DNA from: Utricularia gibba
Lineage: Eukaryota; Plantae; Magnoliophyta
Direction: 5' to 3'
Length of the DNA: 64,000 nucleotides
NCBI GenBank assembly: GCA_002189035.1
Contig: NEEC01000011.1
Location: 124,001-188,000, forward strand
The first letter of the stretch is position 1, and each line of letters starts with the position of its first letter. The notes under the pieces are model-generated. The model worked only from the letters and a program-made list of their open reading frames with translations, did no database searches and was not told where the DNA came from. This document shows positions 10,746 through 24,303 of this stretch, one piece after another. The position numbers and the translations under genes are program-made.

Positions 10746-13700
10746 ATACTAAGAGCAACCATTAGATATGCATGGTCACCTAATAGTAAAATTCATAAAA
10801 GTATAATGAGGTAAAGGGAGCAAAGGTTTTACCTAGTCAGATAATAGATTTTGAGATTTTGGTGGAATTAGGGATATTTGAAAATAGGAGTAAAGGACTC
10901 CTTATAGCAATATTTTGTTGTATGACAGGCTCAAGTATTTGATTTAATAAATTAAAAAACTGAAACAGATAATGAAGCACTCCTCCTCAGCTTAGTAACC
11001 AAATGTTGATGTTAACTTTATTTATTTTTTTAATGTCTTTTTAGTTCACTTGATTTTAGTGTTAAGTAGTTCAAGTTAGGAGTAATTTGATAGTATGAGG
11101 TCATGATCATGGGCATTTTGCAAGCTTTTCAAGGAATTTTTGTGTAGAGTCCCATGAGTCATACCACCAATTGACTTAAATCCACATAGGAAAGGGCTCT
11201 ATGCAAGGCCTCATTACCTTCTTATGGGGTTATTGAGTACAAAGCCTCATAAGTGAGTAAAACAAATTTTCAAAAGCAAAGTCATATACTAGGGGTCATA
11301 CCCTCAAGAAACAAATTGAAAATATTCTAACATGTTGAGGGACACAATTTTGAGATAATAATGTCAAAGAAGCAAATGCTTTAATAAAGTAATGTTAGAA
11401 ATATCGAAGGAGAGTTGTTTCGATACCTTTTTGGTTCATTCCACCATGTTGATCTCTCTATGATAGGGTGTTTTTCCTAAAAAGCTTCTAAGGGGGAACC
11501 AATAGGCATTCATCACTCTCACTTTACCCTTATCCTTGGTTTCACGCAATGAGCCCATGATATCTGATTTCTTCTTCTCTTTCAGATGTTCTTTATGGGG
11601 GATCCTATATATCAGAGTTCTTGAGGGGTCATTGACCTTCATTTCTGCCCCAACCTTCCTAAGTTACCCTCTTTAGTTTGGAGACCATCAATGGTCCCCC
11701 TTCTAGAAGCTGTCCTAAATTCAAGTATTACAACACACATTTATCATTATTATGAGTGGTGTTTTGATGGGACTTGTAGAACTTTTGTGTTTCAAACTTT
11801 AATCATATGCATCATGACCTCATGGTGGGAGTCCTTTTTAAGCACTTGAAGAGTTTTCTACAAGTTTTGGCACATATTTGGCACATACAAGTTAAATATG
11901 CTTGCATCCTTGATGGGTTCAAAATGAGCTTGTTGCCCAAATCATAAAGGACTAGGCACTTTCTCAAGGTTTCCATGCTCTTCTTCAAGGTGATAGATAT
12001 CCCTTGTGCCACTTTGAAGAATTTTTCTAAGTTTCTAACAGATTCTCTCTTGTGTTCATATTCTAAGACTTCTAGTGCCATTTTTTTCTTGGAATATGTG
12101 TGTTCATCCTATATTGTGTGGAGAAAAAAAAGAGAAGATCATTAAAACAATGAATAGTATCTCGATGAATAGTAGATAGGTCAAATGGCATCCTTGTATG
12201 CTTAGTAGTTCCTGGGGGCTTCCTTACTCTCTATAGTGGTGTGTTGGCTACACTTTTTAATGGCTTATAGTTTTACCACCAGCTCTCTTGCCATTCTAGC
12301 ATTAGGGTCTTCCAAGTGCCCATAAATCTATTTTTGAGCAATGGTGACTGCAAAATTGGCCCTTTTTTTTTTGGCATTAGACTTCTAGATTTGACATCTC
12401 ATCTTCTAGGTTGTAAGGAGGGTCTTTGCTTTCTCTTGTTCTATAGAAACAAGGTTTATAAGGATCATCACCTCACAAATGAGTGTTGGCTCTTTCTTGA
12501 GTTCCTTCTTGGCTAGACCTCCCCCCATGAGGGTGGTATTTAGTCACAACTACTCCTCCAGAAGGTTCAAGAATGCTTCCATCACAATTTTATCTTTTAG
12601 AAGAAACCTATAGCTCTAGCATTCAGTAATGAGTTGCTCATGAAAACCCAAGCATGAGTAATGAGGGAACACTTGTCTAACCTACATCTCTAGCATCCTT
12701 CATGTTACCTCTACTTGAATGGCCACTCTATATAGTTGCATTTTAATAGGATCCCAAGTCACAGAAAATCAATACACATAATGCAAAAAACAAAAAGATA
12801 AAAGAGGATCCCAAGCCATAGAAATCTGGAGGAAAACCAAAAGAACCGATATGATGTATAAATCAGCAATCTAGGTTGATTGGAAGGATTTTCTAGGAAA
12901 ATCAGCCATGGAACATAAATCAGTGCTAAAGCCCAAATTGACTAAAGCAGGCAGGAGTAACATATCCACCTACGAATCATATATCAGCGTAGAAATCATT
13001 GATTAATTGGGTATACATAAGAAAGGGGCAATAAAGAGATAGTGTAAGTCTGTGGCTATTGGCAATAGTCTGAAGGGCTGCCAACCTATAAGAATTAAGA
13101 GTAGTAGATGATTACCTGTTGGTAGGAACGTAAGCAAGATCAAGTAGATCCTTCCAGGTGCAGAAAGTCCTTAATTCCCTTAGAATCAGTCGGTTAGGGT
13201 GCCTCTATAAATAGGAGCTCAATTTAATAGAAAAACATTTTGCATCCCTTGCAACCCTTATATCTCTTCTTACTTTTGCCTAATGAAATCTTTTTCTCCA
13301 CTGAGCTCTACAAATTCTATGGCTTTCCGTTACGGCGGTTTTCATGTTGAAAATCATTTTCTCATATTTTTACTTTTCAAACAACCAAAATCAGAATCAA
13401 ACCCTAGATAAATCGGCCAATTTCTGATTTACTTCTCTGAAATCAATATATCACCCCAAATTCGATTTTAACAACAACAACAAGGTTCGATAATATTGGT
13501 TGGTTTTGTTGTGATTTTCATAACATCAAGAAATTTTGAGGTATTCTTAAAGAGCGATACATAAGACAAAGATTGGTTACCCAAGAAATAGTAAAAAAAG
13601 AGGTGGTCCCACTAGGGAAGGAAAAAGAGCAAGGTTGACCGTGAAAGTTACATAGACTCTCGATAAGTTGCTTCATCTACTCTGACGTAGAGTTTAATTA

Positions 13701-14389
13701 ATTTGCACCAGTACCATGATTCCAGTTTGGTTTGGGAATGTGAATGTCTATACGGTTCCAGTTTTGGAACTGGAGCCATATGGTTTTGGCGGTTCAAGAT
13801 ATTTGGAACTGGGAAACTACAATTCCGATCCATTTGGAACCAATGAAATCAGCGATTCGAAACTAATGAACCATCGGTTTCAATTTGAAATGGTCTGAGG
13901 CACCCTTAGCAATTATTATAGAAGATTGAAAAAATATTTAATAGAACTATGTGTTTCTCAAACACCTCCAATCAATCATGTAGGATTCTTGAACATTCTC
14001 TATTTTTATAATTGTTTCTAGATACTTTTAGCAACCATTATGAGAGTCTAGAAAATCCTCTAAAAAAATGTGTTTCGTAGGCACCCACAATGACCCATGT
14101 TTGCGCGAAAATTAATTTCTAAAAGCTATTCGATTCTGGTTATTGTTTGATTCATGTTTTCAGTTTTGATTTTGGTTTGGTTTTTGTTTGAAACTGAAAC
14201 TAAAATCAATAGTAAACCAGAGCTTATAGACCGATGGTTTGAAAAAACCGTTCGGTTTCAAACCAAAGCTTATCAATTCGGAATCAATCACAACTCTCAC
14301 CCCTTTGGTACACGTTCTTGTCCATCTCTGTAATATAGAGATATGTTCTCCCTCATTTTGGTTAAAAGATCAATTCGTATTCGACAGGG

Positions 14390-16031
14390 TGGTAGCATAG
14401 ACACAGGTAGCAGCGTGTTAACTTTCTTGTAGACATTATGTGTCATCAAAGTAATGGAATTTAAAAACCCGTGAAAAAGTATTACCCATCAAATGGAGCC
14501 TCCAGCCGAATTTTCCACTTGTCCCAAGCTCCTGCCGTGCTAGAACCCGTGAAAAAGACCTCATGATTGCGCAAGCTTGCTAAAACCAGTGGATCACTTG
14601 CGCAAGTTTACTGACTCGCCTACATTCAAGTATTGAGTGAACCTTTTCATTTTACCCTCTTATGAATTTCTCTTCTTGAGCGTATTGAGTGACACCTGTG
14701 AGGAGTAGCCACGTGGAAGGGAATCTAGTGTATGGTATGCCATTGAACAACTTATGCATATTGTTGCGTTAACTCTATTTGCAAGTTACTATTTTGAAGG
14801 AAAACGCCTTGAACAATTGCTTGAGGACAAGCAAACATTTAAGTGTGGGGGAGTTGATAATTGATTCTGTGTCACTTATATTTATGCTTTTTATGACTCT
14901 CTTAGATGAGTTTTGCATTCTTTTTTATCCCACTTTCCTTATGTTTTTAGAAGAATTTTATATCTTTCATACCACTTTGATCTTTTTGGAGGGAAAGTGT
15001 GTTTTGTGATTTTTCAGAACGAATTTGGAATAATTTGGAGGATTTTCGAGATACTTTGATGGAGGCTAAGATTTGGTCTATCCGGATGAAGACTCGGTCA
15101 AAGATTCTCGGATAAGATAAGATGTGAGAAATTGGATCTCATCCTAAAAGATTTGTATTAAATCTTCAAAGATATGGATAGAAGATTTGATGCGAGCCCA
15201 TCAAGAAAGCCCGACAAATCCTCACCATTATATAAAGATCTAAACACGAAGACTTAAGGGAGTCAATTGGTGGATGACCAAAGAGTCAATCTAGGGTTTA
15301 GAGTTGAGTCTAGCATGTTTTGGATTCCTTTCCCTTTGTTTTTCATCAACTTTTGTTGTTTAGAGTCTAGCATGCGCGTGTGAGCGCTTGTGGCTGAGGA
15401 TCTGCTGTGAAGCCTTGCTTGCGCAAGTTCTGCGCGTGTGACTGTCTTACCATGTTTTTCAGCATTTAATTTGAGGTCTGATTTTGTTTTTCGCAACGTT
15501 TTCTTTACCAACGTGATCTTTAGTACCATATAGCTCTAAGGGGGTGTGGGAGAATCAAAGGTTGGCCTCAAACACCTAAGGAGAAGAGCTCAATCGGACA
15601 TCGTTGGTAAGGCACATTCTGTCTAATCTGTTTGCGAGGTGTGAGGTGTAGGGGTTAGATTTGGGTGTGGTGAAAACATAGGTTATCACAAGAGGTGAAA
15701 TGGCTCTGGTGGCGTGGTTGATTCCATAATCCCACAAAACAAGGGACGGTGCTATAACGGTCACCGAGTAGCACTACTTTAGAATAACACTCCCAAAGCT
15801 TGCGCAAGCAGGTCAGTTCTCAAGGTTTGCACACACGCAAGGGCGAATTTCAAGTATGGTGGATCTTGGATCCAAGGTCACTTTTCTTATTATCTTCAAA
15901 ACCAAATCTTTCTTTTATTTTTGGTCTTTTTGAATCTTTGTTTGAAAAGAATATTCCAATAACAATTACATGTGGATACGATCTTATTTTATTACTTCGA
16001 CGGTTTATGTACACTTGTAGAATTACCATCA
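14390..16031 (+). mobile_element. 3' end of an Athila-type element: internal tail, PPT and 3' LTR (family B copy 1, 14855-16031)
   Basis: GAGGACAAGC...AAGTGTGGGGGAGT PPT (14841-14854) directly precedes TGATAATTG. The LTR ends GAATTACCATCA at 16031 (1177 bp) and is homologous to 26324-27286 and 58627-59774. The left boundary is approximate. Confidence 0.85.
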
Positions 16032-16695
16032 ATGTTTCTGGTGCAGCATCATTCATACAATTCAAGTAATTTCAACCTATTCATGAATTATTTAATAGGT
16101 TTAAAATCTCATAAAATATATTTTTCAAGTATTAGACTTCAACTCAATATGAAGTATTTCATGCAAATTTGATTGAGAATATAACATAACAATTTCTACT
16201 TGAAGATGTTTTAGATATTTGGAACCAACCATCTTTCACTCTTTCAACCAGTTCATATATTCATTTGATATATTAATTTGATATATCAACTATAAGAAAT
16301 AACTCTTCTTGTAATGTTTATTCTCGTTTTAAAATCAATTGTTTTATCAGAATTTGTTAGATTCTTATTATTTCCAAATTTTTCATATATTTTGTTTTCA
16401 TCCTCGTTCAAGCTAATAGTTTTATTCCTAATATTTCTCCTTTTATCCAAAAAAATAAATAGAAATATACAATGATTCAGAAGTCAAGTTGCTTAAGAAA
16501 AACACTTACCATGAAGGAATTGTTAACTGCTAACTGCGTTGAATTGGGGGATCGTGGGCCTGCTCGTGTGCTCGGCTGCTTTCATGTGAATTGGGATTGT
16601 CAATTGGAATATCTGTAGCACCCGAACAAGACGAGACGCCCCCAGACCCAGAGGCCAGAGACTAAGAAAGCCTCGATTTGCACCGGAGACAAATT

Positions 16696-19600
16696 ATGGA
16701 TGCCCGGCATGTGTCTCTTGGTCGAAGAACGGTTGGTATCCAAACTAATTTTCCTCATTTTGAAATTAAGCCGAGTGTTTAGGATCGGATTCTTTCAGCT
16801 GGAAGAAATTCGGATGAAGCGAGCCAATGAAAGGTTGAATAAGGCGTCATCTGGAGCAGATCTCGCGAAACTTCCCGCTGGTTATCATTTAAGTTTGTTG
16901 GTTCTTCGTGTCAGGCAGCATTTCTTTTTAACAATGGTTTATATGTGCTACTTGATGACATAGATGCTCCGGGGATCAGGAAATCTGAGAGTGTATCCCG
17001 ACTTTCTGAGGTGCTGCTCTTTCATATTTTCTGATTGCTTCATGAGCTGATAAGTTCGGGGTTGAATGCTGTGCTGTATGGTTTACGCAGAATGATATTA
17101 GTGCCTTGGTGTCACAGTTAAAAGAAGTCCAACAGAGAAATGCTGAGCTAGATCAAGCAAACAAAAATCTGAGTGCAATGGTAAACTAATGCGCCCACCA
17201 CATCATAATGAATTAGTTACATTCATGCCATGAAACCTCGGTTAAAATTTGTTTTATGAAGTCTGGGGTAGTGATGAAACTTTCATCCTCCTTTGTATCT
17301 ATCTCAGCTTCAGAATGCTGAAGGGGAAATCAACGTTCTTCAGAAGAGGCTCAATGATTTGGTATATTTTGCGCCTTGGTCTTCTTATAGCTATTTCTTT
17401 TCGTACTTCTTAACCAGGATGAGTACTACCATGGCAACAGACCTGTTACATCTTTGAAATTGTGGTTTTGGGCACTTCATATCCGTGTGCATTCTCCATA
17501 TCTAATTTGAATATTCAAGCTATCGATTGCTGATGGAAACCACATGTTAGTTCATAGACATTAGGCCTGTTACCTACCTAAAAGATAATCTAGGAACTTC
17601 ATGGCTGCCCACAGGAACTTTTGTGAATGGAAAGTGTGGGCCATGGATTTTAATCTGTTTGATGTTGATTTTCTGCCTAGGAGATTGTGGCTTCCTAAAT
17701 TACAGAAAATTTGTTGTAAGGAAGCTCCTTATTATTGGCAGGAGATGAACACTGTTCCATCACTTAGAAAAGCTCTCAAGGATGTTGCCATGGAAAAAGA
17801 TGCTGCTGTGGTTTCACGAGTATGAGATTGCACAAATTATCTGTTCTTTAATTGTAGAGCATACTTTTTATCTTACCAATTCAGTTGTTGTAGGAGGATC
17901 TTTCTGCACAGCTTCGAACTATGAAAAAACGCATGAAAGAAGTGGAAGAAGAACAGTACAGAGTGAGTTGCATTTTTTGGAATCATTTAAGAGTTGGGAT
18001 CATTGGAGAAGCTTCATTACTGTGTATTCTCATTTTAGGCTGAGGAAGATGCTGCATCTTTGAGAGCAGAATTGAACTCATTGCAGCAGAATGTAATTCA
18101 AAATCCTTCAGGTGTCCTTGCTGTCCATGGATATTCATTTGATCAGGTGCAGGCTATGGAAATGGAAATATCCAATTTGAGATCCAGGCTTGAGGTCAGA
18201 TTTCATTTGATTCATTGCTCACTTTTCATAAGCTTATTTTTAGTTGAAGTCAAGAAGCTTCGTGGTCATTACTGTTTCAGCAAGAATCAGCTTTGCGAAG
18301 GCAAGATTATCATAATCTATTGGAGGAGCAGGCCCGCATTTCTACCCTTACAATCCAAAAACAAGAATTGGAAGAGAAACTTTCATCTCTCCCTAAGATT
18401 ACCACAGGTTGAGCCAATCTCTCAATTGTATCATATAATGGCCGCATGTCATTTGTATTCACTTGTCAGTGCACTCAAACATTCTCATCCACATGAATTA
18501 TGGAATTACTCCATTTCAATCTGAATATGTTGCATGATTATTCATGTTCATTCCAAATGTTAATCCTTGTAGCATGTGTAAGCTGTTTGGAGTGTATACA
18601 AAATGCCATCACGTTTCTTGTTGTTCATTTGGCTTGTCGTTTCCTTCTAAATGTTCCTTGCATTTTTCGATGCAGCAGAAATTTCTGAACTTCCAAATGA
18701 TAAAAAATTCACAGTGGTAAGCTTTTGCTCTTGTCAAACACGTGTTATTTACATTGGTTATAATTGAAGCAGTAATAATTACTGGATATTCTATGTACAT
18801 TAGTTCATCTTGTTTTCTTTGATCTTCTGTGCAGCTTTAGCTTTGTTTTTTCTGCCAATTTTTCATGTTTGTTGCTCTTCATTTTTTTTCTGTTTTCTGA
18901 TAAAGGGTGTAATGTTATATTCAGGAATACAAGGAGAGACTTGAGAAGCAATTACATGACATGGCTGTAGCTGTTGAAAGACTGGAACACAGCCGACTAA
19001 AACTTTTGATGGAGGCAAATTTGTTTAAATTACAATGATTAATGAATCGAATTCAATCCTTTTCTTTTTCTTCAAAACAAACAGCTGCTTTTCATATTCA
19101 TTTCAGATTGATTCTCAGTCATCTGAGATAGAGGCGCTTTTTGAAGAAAATTCTGGTCTATCATCCGCTTATGAGGAGTCACTGAAGGTGGCTGCGAAAT
19201 GGGAAAAACAGGTGATAAATCACATATGCAGGAAAGTTGCTCATTCGTTTAATGGGAAGTGATGATGTTCAACGAAGTGAAAAGTCTATGTGCATTGTTC
19301 ACTTTTCCAGATCTGTTTACACGCATTGTGTGTAGGTAAAAGCATGTCTACTGCAAAATGGTGAACTCCGTGGCATGTTAGATAAGTTGCGAGCCAAACA
19401 GGCTAATCTAACGAGTGTCAATGATGCTGCTGCCCTACACTCGTCTGGGGACAATGTGTTGCAATCACAATATGCTGCTGATTTTCAGTTCCTCCAGGTT
19501 TCCACAGAAAAATTCTTTCAACGCTCGCCAACCTCATGTCTTTCATTTTTCTATTTTTGGTATCTCAATCGGCTATCTTTTCATCAAAACTGAAGCAAGT

Positions 19601-19942
19601 GAAAAGAATACTCCTGAAAAGGAAAAATGTTTTTTATTTGAACGGTTTTCACCTAATGCAGGAGGAGCTAGCTAAAGAACAAAGTAGAGGAGAGGCACTC
19701 TCAGCAGAGGTTCTGCAGCTCTCAGCTAGCCTCGAGCATGCTCAACATTCATACAACAATCTTGTTCGACTGTATGGTTGAGAGATTTGATGCTGTTTCC
19801 TAATATCTTTCAGGCATTCAGCCACATTAACTTCATTCTGTGATACGCATCGCTTTTTCACAGCTACAAACCAGTCTTGAAGAATATCGAGAACAATCTG
19901 CTGAAGATGAAGCGTGGTGGCTCGGTGTTGGTGCAGCAGTGA
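16696..19942 (+). CDS. Plant coiled-coil ('myosin heavy chain-related') protein, 15 exons, 441 aa
   Basis: Exons: 16696-16731, 16799-16880, 16964-17010, 17091-17180, 17308-17361, 17742-17819, 17894-17962, 18039-18194, 18281-18407, 18676-18716, 18925-19014, 19107-19211, 19336-19497, 19662-19771, 19864-19942; total 1326 nt in frame. Starts MDARHVSLGRRTLEEIRMKRANERL and includes PSLRKALKDVAMEKDAAVVSREDL and KLLMEIDSQSSEIE. From memory it resembles Arabidopsis At5g59210, but that is unverified. Confidence 0.9.
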
Positions 19943-20329
19943 TCATTCAATGGGAGTTTGTTGTAGTTTTTGTTCAAATATTTGATATTGAAATAGTAAG
20001 TTATCCCATGCCGTATTTGTAAATCTCAATACACGATTGGAGTTCTTAATACATGATGATAATTAGAATAAAGAATGGATTTTCGTGGGTACATTTTTGT
20101 AATTAATAGAAATGGGATTTTCGAGAGGCGTGGTGGTACTTTTGGCTTCAATTGGATTTGATAATGCAATAGTAGAAGGAATAACATGGGAAACTAATAA
20201 TCAGATGAGAGATTGAGCAGGATTCATGATACCAAGTTTAGTTTATGGCCAAGAACAAATGGTCTCAAATTAACAAGCTTTAATAGAGTTCAAGAAACGG
20301 TCAACTATAGCGTCTACCGACAAAGCCAC

Positions 20330-22111
20330 GGGAACACCAAAATCAACCACATTTGTTTTCTGATTTAGTAATTTATGCCACATATTTTTTTATATTGGTA
20401 AACTGTGCCCCAAATTAATAATTGTATTGTAATTTTTGCCCAAATAACTGTATTACTCGCGTCCTATATGAATGTTATTTTATATGTATAATTTATATTC
20501 CATAAATTAAATTTAAATAACGCATATAATGATATTATATCAACTAAATCACTAGTTGATATACAAAACTAAATCATTTCAACTAAAATGTATATTATTA
20601 ACTGAATTAAACACTTACATTAGGAGCAAGGATTGAAATTTTCTGTAATACATCTCTAGACTTGAGCGTTCTAAATATATACTTCATAAATTTGACATTT
20701 AAAATAAAATATTTAGTATTATATACAAATGTAATCAAAACACAATATTAAAATGCATGTACCTCATAATATTTTCTTGTTGATGTTAACATTATTTCTA
20801 CCCAAAGAATCTAATACAATATATTTTTTTATCTTTATACTCAAGATTACACATAATGATCAAAAACCAATGGCATCTGCATGAAAAATAATACATTATG
20901 ATTTGAATATAAATATTTAATACAATCAATGAATTACATACCTTGATACGACTGGCATGAAGACATAATTTTTATTAAATATATGCTTCTTTTTGAAATC
21001 ACACATGATGACATCTACTTGATGTCCATTGATCCAATTATCAAAATAAAGAAAATCCAAAAATGCATAATGTTTCATTCGTACTTCAGGTATTATAGCA
21101 CATATCTTCCTGCATTTACAGATAAATTACATAATTAAATATATCTGTAATAAGCAAAATTCATATATTTGCATAGTAAAACTTGCTTCTTACAATAATA
21201 AGTGGTGAAAGTCATGAGAATTTATCATTGAATATTTATGTAACCAATTGCTATGATCTCCTAATTCTCTTCGTCCTAAATAATGTAAAACAAAAATTAT
21301 ATTCAACATAATTAACAATCAAATACACTATGTATATTAATTAAAAATATACCATTAATTGAGAGTGTTGTAGTTTCATGCAATCTCATCCCTGATGTTG
21401 GCTGGATTATTGGTGTAACATTAGAAATAGAAATATGGGCATTCTCATCAGAAATATCAATTTTGATATCATTCATTTCAATAACCTATCATGAACAAGA
21501 TAGAGTAGGTGAATAAATTATTATCAAAATGAGCTACATTTTTATACCTTTTCATCATGTTGTACACTGGATGTTTGCTATGGATTTAATAAATGTTCCT
21601 CAAACTTGCTGCATAATAATACTCTTACAATTATATTAAAGAAAATATATAAAAAATAACAAAGATATATGCAAGAAACCATATTTGAAAAAAAATAATT
21701 AATTTATCTTGAACTTGAAGGTGCATTTGTAAAAGATGTAGTTGTTCCATGAGAATCTTATGTTTCTTTTTATATGTTCTTCAATTATTTCCTATTTGTT
21801 TGCATCTCTTGCATCGTGTAACCTTGCTAGATGTTTTTCTGCCATATCCTTGTTTCAATGGTGGTGGAGGTTCATCTTCACCACGTCTGTGCATTTTCTT
21901 AGGTCTCTCCATTACAGTTTTTATTGAAGAAACTGCCGTTAGGGATTTTTGCGGGTTTTAAATTGGGGGCGCATGGATATGTTTATTTAATAAAAAAATG
22001 GCATAAATTATAATATAAAATTAATTTGTGGTAAAATTGACTATTTTCAAATACATGTGACATAAATTGCCAAATCATGAAATATACGTGGTATTTTTTG
22101 TTGTTTCTCCC
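20330..22111 (-). mobile_element. Non-autonomous Mutator-like element (MULE) with a transposase C-terminal remnant
   Basis: Degenerate terminal inverted repeats of about 110 bp (20330-20440 vs 22000-22111, GGGA...TGATTT.G.AATTTATG.CACAT...CAAATTAAT). Minus strand ~21930-21760 encodes ERPKKMHRRGEDE...VTRCKRCKQIGNN*RT, a MuDR-type zinc knuckle. No TSD match found. Confidence 0.7.
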
Positions 22112-22755
22112 AAGAACAAGCTAAATTCAAATCCACACTCATCGCTCTATTACTAGAGAGGTCCAAAAGATTGGTGATCCACTTGAAACACACAATAAGT
22201 CAGGCCGGAATATCTCAATATGCATCATTTATGTTGAGGGTGGAGAGAACACCTAGTTCAAGGGTGAGTGTTCTCCTAGTTGAAGCCGATCGAGGCTTTG
22301 CGACACATCTTGAGGATACCAGCTATACAAATCAAGTAAGAAGATGCATGATTTGAGCGAGTTGTTGCTAGGCTGGAAGATAATGTTGGAAATCAAACTA
22401 TTATCAAAGAATAAACTCTTCACAACTACTGGAAGAGAGTAACCCAATCAATCTTGGTTTCATGGATTCTGTTATGTAGTTGAGATCTCCTGCATGATAC
22501 ATTAGTTCCCTCTTTTTGTGTCAATTATCTTATTTTTGTGCTATTTATATATTGTTATCCATAGGTTGCCACATCTTCTTCTTCTAGTAAAAAGTCCTTT
22601 TCCTTTTGTCTCTTACACACAATCACTTGAGAGTTCAATCTAACTTTTGTCTATCGATTGGTATCAAAGCTGGTTTTACAAGCATGCAACTCAATCGAGT
22701 GGTGTGTAGAAATTCATTGGTGAGGATTATGCAATTTGGGCCATGCAAATGATGA
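22112..22755 (+). mobile_element. Ty1/copia 5' LTR end, tRNA-Met PBS and gag start
   Basis: LTR-like end CTATCG followed by TGGTATCAAAGC (22659-22670, PBS-Met with one mismatch), then KFIGEDYAIWAMQM, a copia gag N-terminal motif. The left boundary is uncertain. Confidence 0.6.
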
Positions 22756-23283
22756 CAGAGGATGCTATTTGCTTAAGAGCATTTTAGTTTACAATGGAAG
22801 GAAGTGCAAAAATGTTGTTTGATTCTTTAAAATTGGGAAGCATAATTGATTGGTCTTGTATGAAAAAAGTGTTTTTGAGCAAATATTTTCAATCTCCTAA
22901 GGCAAGGGAATTCGAAAAAAGTGTCTTTGAACAATTAAGTGGTAAATCCCTTCATGAATATTGGAAACATTTCGACCATCTTTTAGGATGTTGTCTGCAC
23001 CATGGTAGTGAAACTAATACATTAGTAAAGCATTTTTTATGATGGATTACTTTTACTAATTGTGCCATGGTTGAGTCAGTAGCTGGAGGCTTCTTGAGGA
23101 AAAAAACACCCATAGAAGCTTAATCCTTGAAAACTTGGCTGAACACTCTATGCACATCATAGAAAGTAAGTGATGAACAAGGGGGTATATGAAATGGAAT
23201 GCAAGTTGAAAACTTTAGAGAGCAAACTAATGAAAAATGTTGTTGCGATGTCTGAGATGATGGAAGAATATTCTTGTTTCAAG
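22756..23283 (+). mobile_element. Athila family A gag fragment
   Basis: DAICLRAF*FTMEGSAK...GSIIDW...FLSKYF...CLHHG...FLRKKT...KNVVAMSEMM closely parallels the gag of the 49092-56458 element. Confidence 0.75.
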
Positions 23284-24227
23284 ATAACAATATGCCTTTG
23301 TTTAGTGTCATTTCCTTTACAAACTTTAAATATCTAAAACATAAAACACAAAAGAGTGTATTACGAGTGTCGATTTGAGAGAGTTGACTTTTGCGAAAAG
23401 TGTTTTGTAGAAAACTTTCACAAATTTTCACGGATTTGTAAAATGGGTTTTTGAAATACAAGAATAAAAGATACAAAGGGGAGATCTGCCTTCTCTCCCA
23501 TCTTCCCTCCCTTTTTGTCCAAAATCTCACTTTTTCACTTTCTTGGACTTTGTGTGTACTCTCTTTCAGACTTCTGCCACGTTCTCTGCCACCACACTGT
23601 TTATATTCGGCTCCTTGGGATTTGTGTTGCGACCAGTCCTACATTTCTCGAAGAAGACTATTTGAAGGTTGGGACTAAATCTACGATTTAGTTCCAACTA
23701 AGACTAAAATAACATAAATACAGTACTTTGTGCAGAAAGATAAAACTAGACAGTAAAACTAAATTTTTGTAGCACAATATGAATCTTTTCCATGTACTGA
23801 ATCACTCAAAAATATGTGTTATCAGATAGCTTGTATTTTCTCCACACTAAAATCACCCTACACCTCATGTCTTCAAGACAGATTACATAGAATGTGTTTG
23901 ACCAAGGATGCCGGATTGAACGCTTCTTCTTAGGTGATTAAGGTTAACCTTTGATTTTTCCGCATTCCTTTAGGGTTATGTGATTAACGAAAATGTTGAG
24001 AATAATATTGATGTTATTTCAACCCCCATGCACTAACTCATTGTGTATGTTAGAACTTGCGATGGGATAATGATCCTGAAAAAACCCCTCAATATGTGCT
24101 TCCTTTAATATGGACTTGGTTCTTTGCCTACCATTCATTGGAATCACATTTCACTATAATAAGTTCTGCCTTCAAGGCCTAGATATAGGCTATCCCTTCA
24201 TAGGGTGAAAATAATAAGTCGGGGCTT

Positions 24228-24303
24228 GATCCTATCTCTAGAGGAACCATGATAGATACAATGTGGATCCAATCTCTAGAGAAACCCTGATAGATACAAT
24301 GTG
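24228..24303. repeat. 38-bp tandem duplication (2 copies, 3 mismatches)
   Basis: gatcctatctctagaggaaccatgatagatacaatgtg / gatccaatctctagagaaaccctgatagatacaatgtg. Confidence 0.85.

Noticed and set aside
10760-13630. Possible Athila env-like region and a further LTR (TATA near 13205, end CAACAACA near 13480)
   Set aside because: No termini, TSD or protein motif could be confirmed.
13688-14299. hAT-like MITE with AACC/GGTT subterminal motifs
   Set aside because: TIR match is weak and no TSD was found.
15263-15764. ORFs repeated at 26357-26865 and 59041-59343 that look like a conserved gene family
   Set aside because: They are antisense frames of family B LTR copies; conservation reflects LTR homology.
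17601-19781. Long + strand ORFs (18060-18524, 19035-19262, 19536-19781 and others)
   Set aside because: Exon-intron read-through of the coiled-coil gene.
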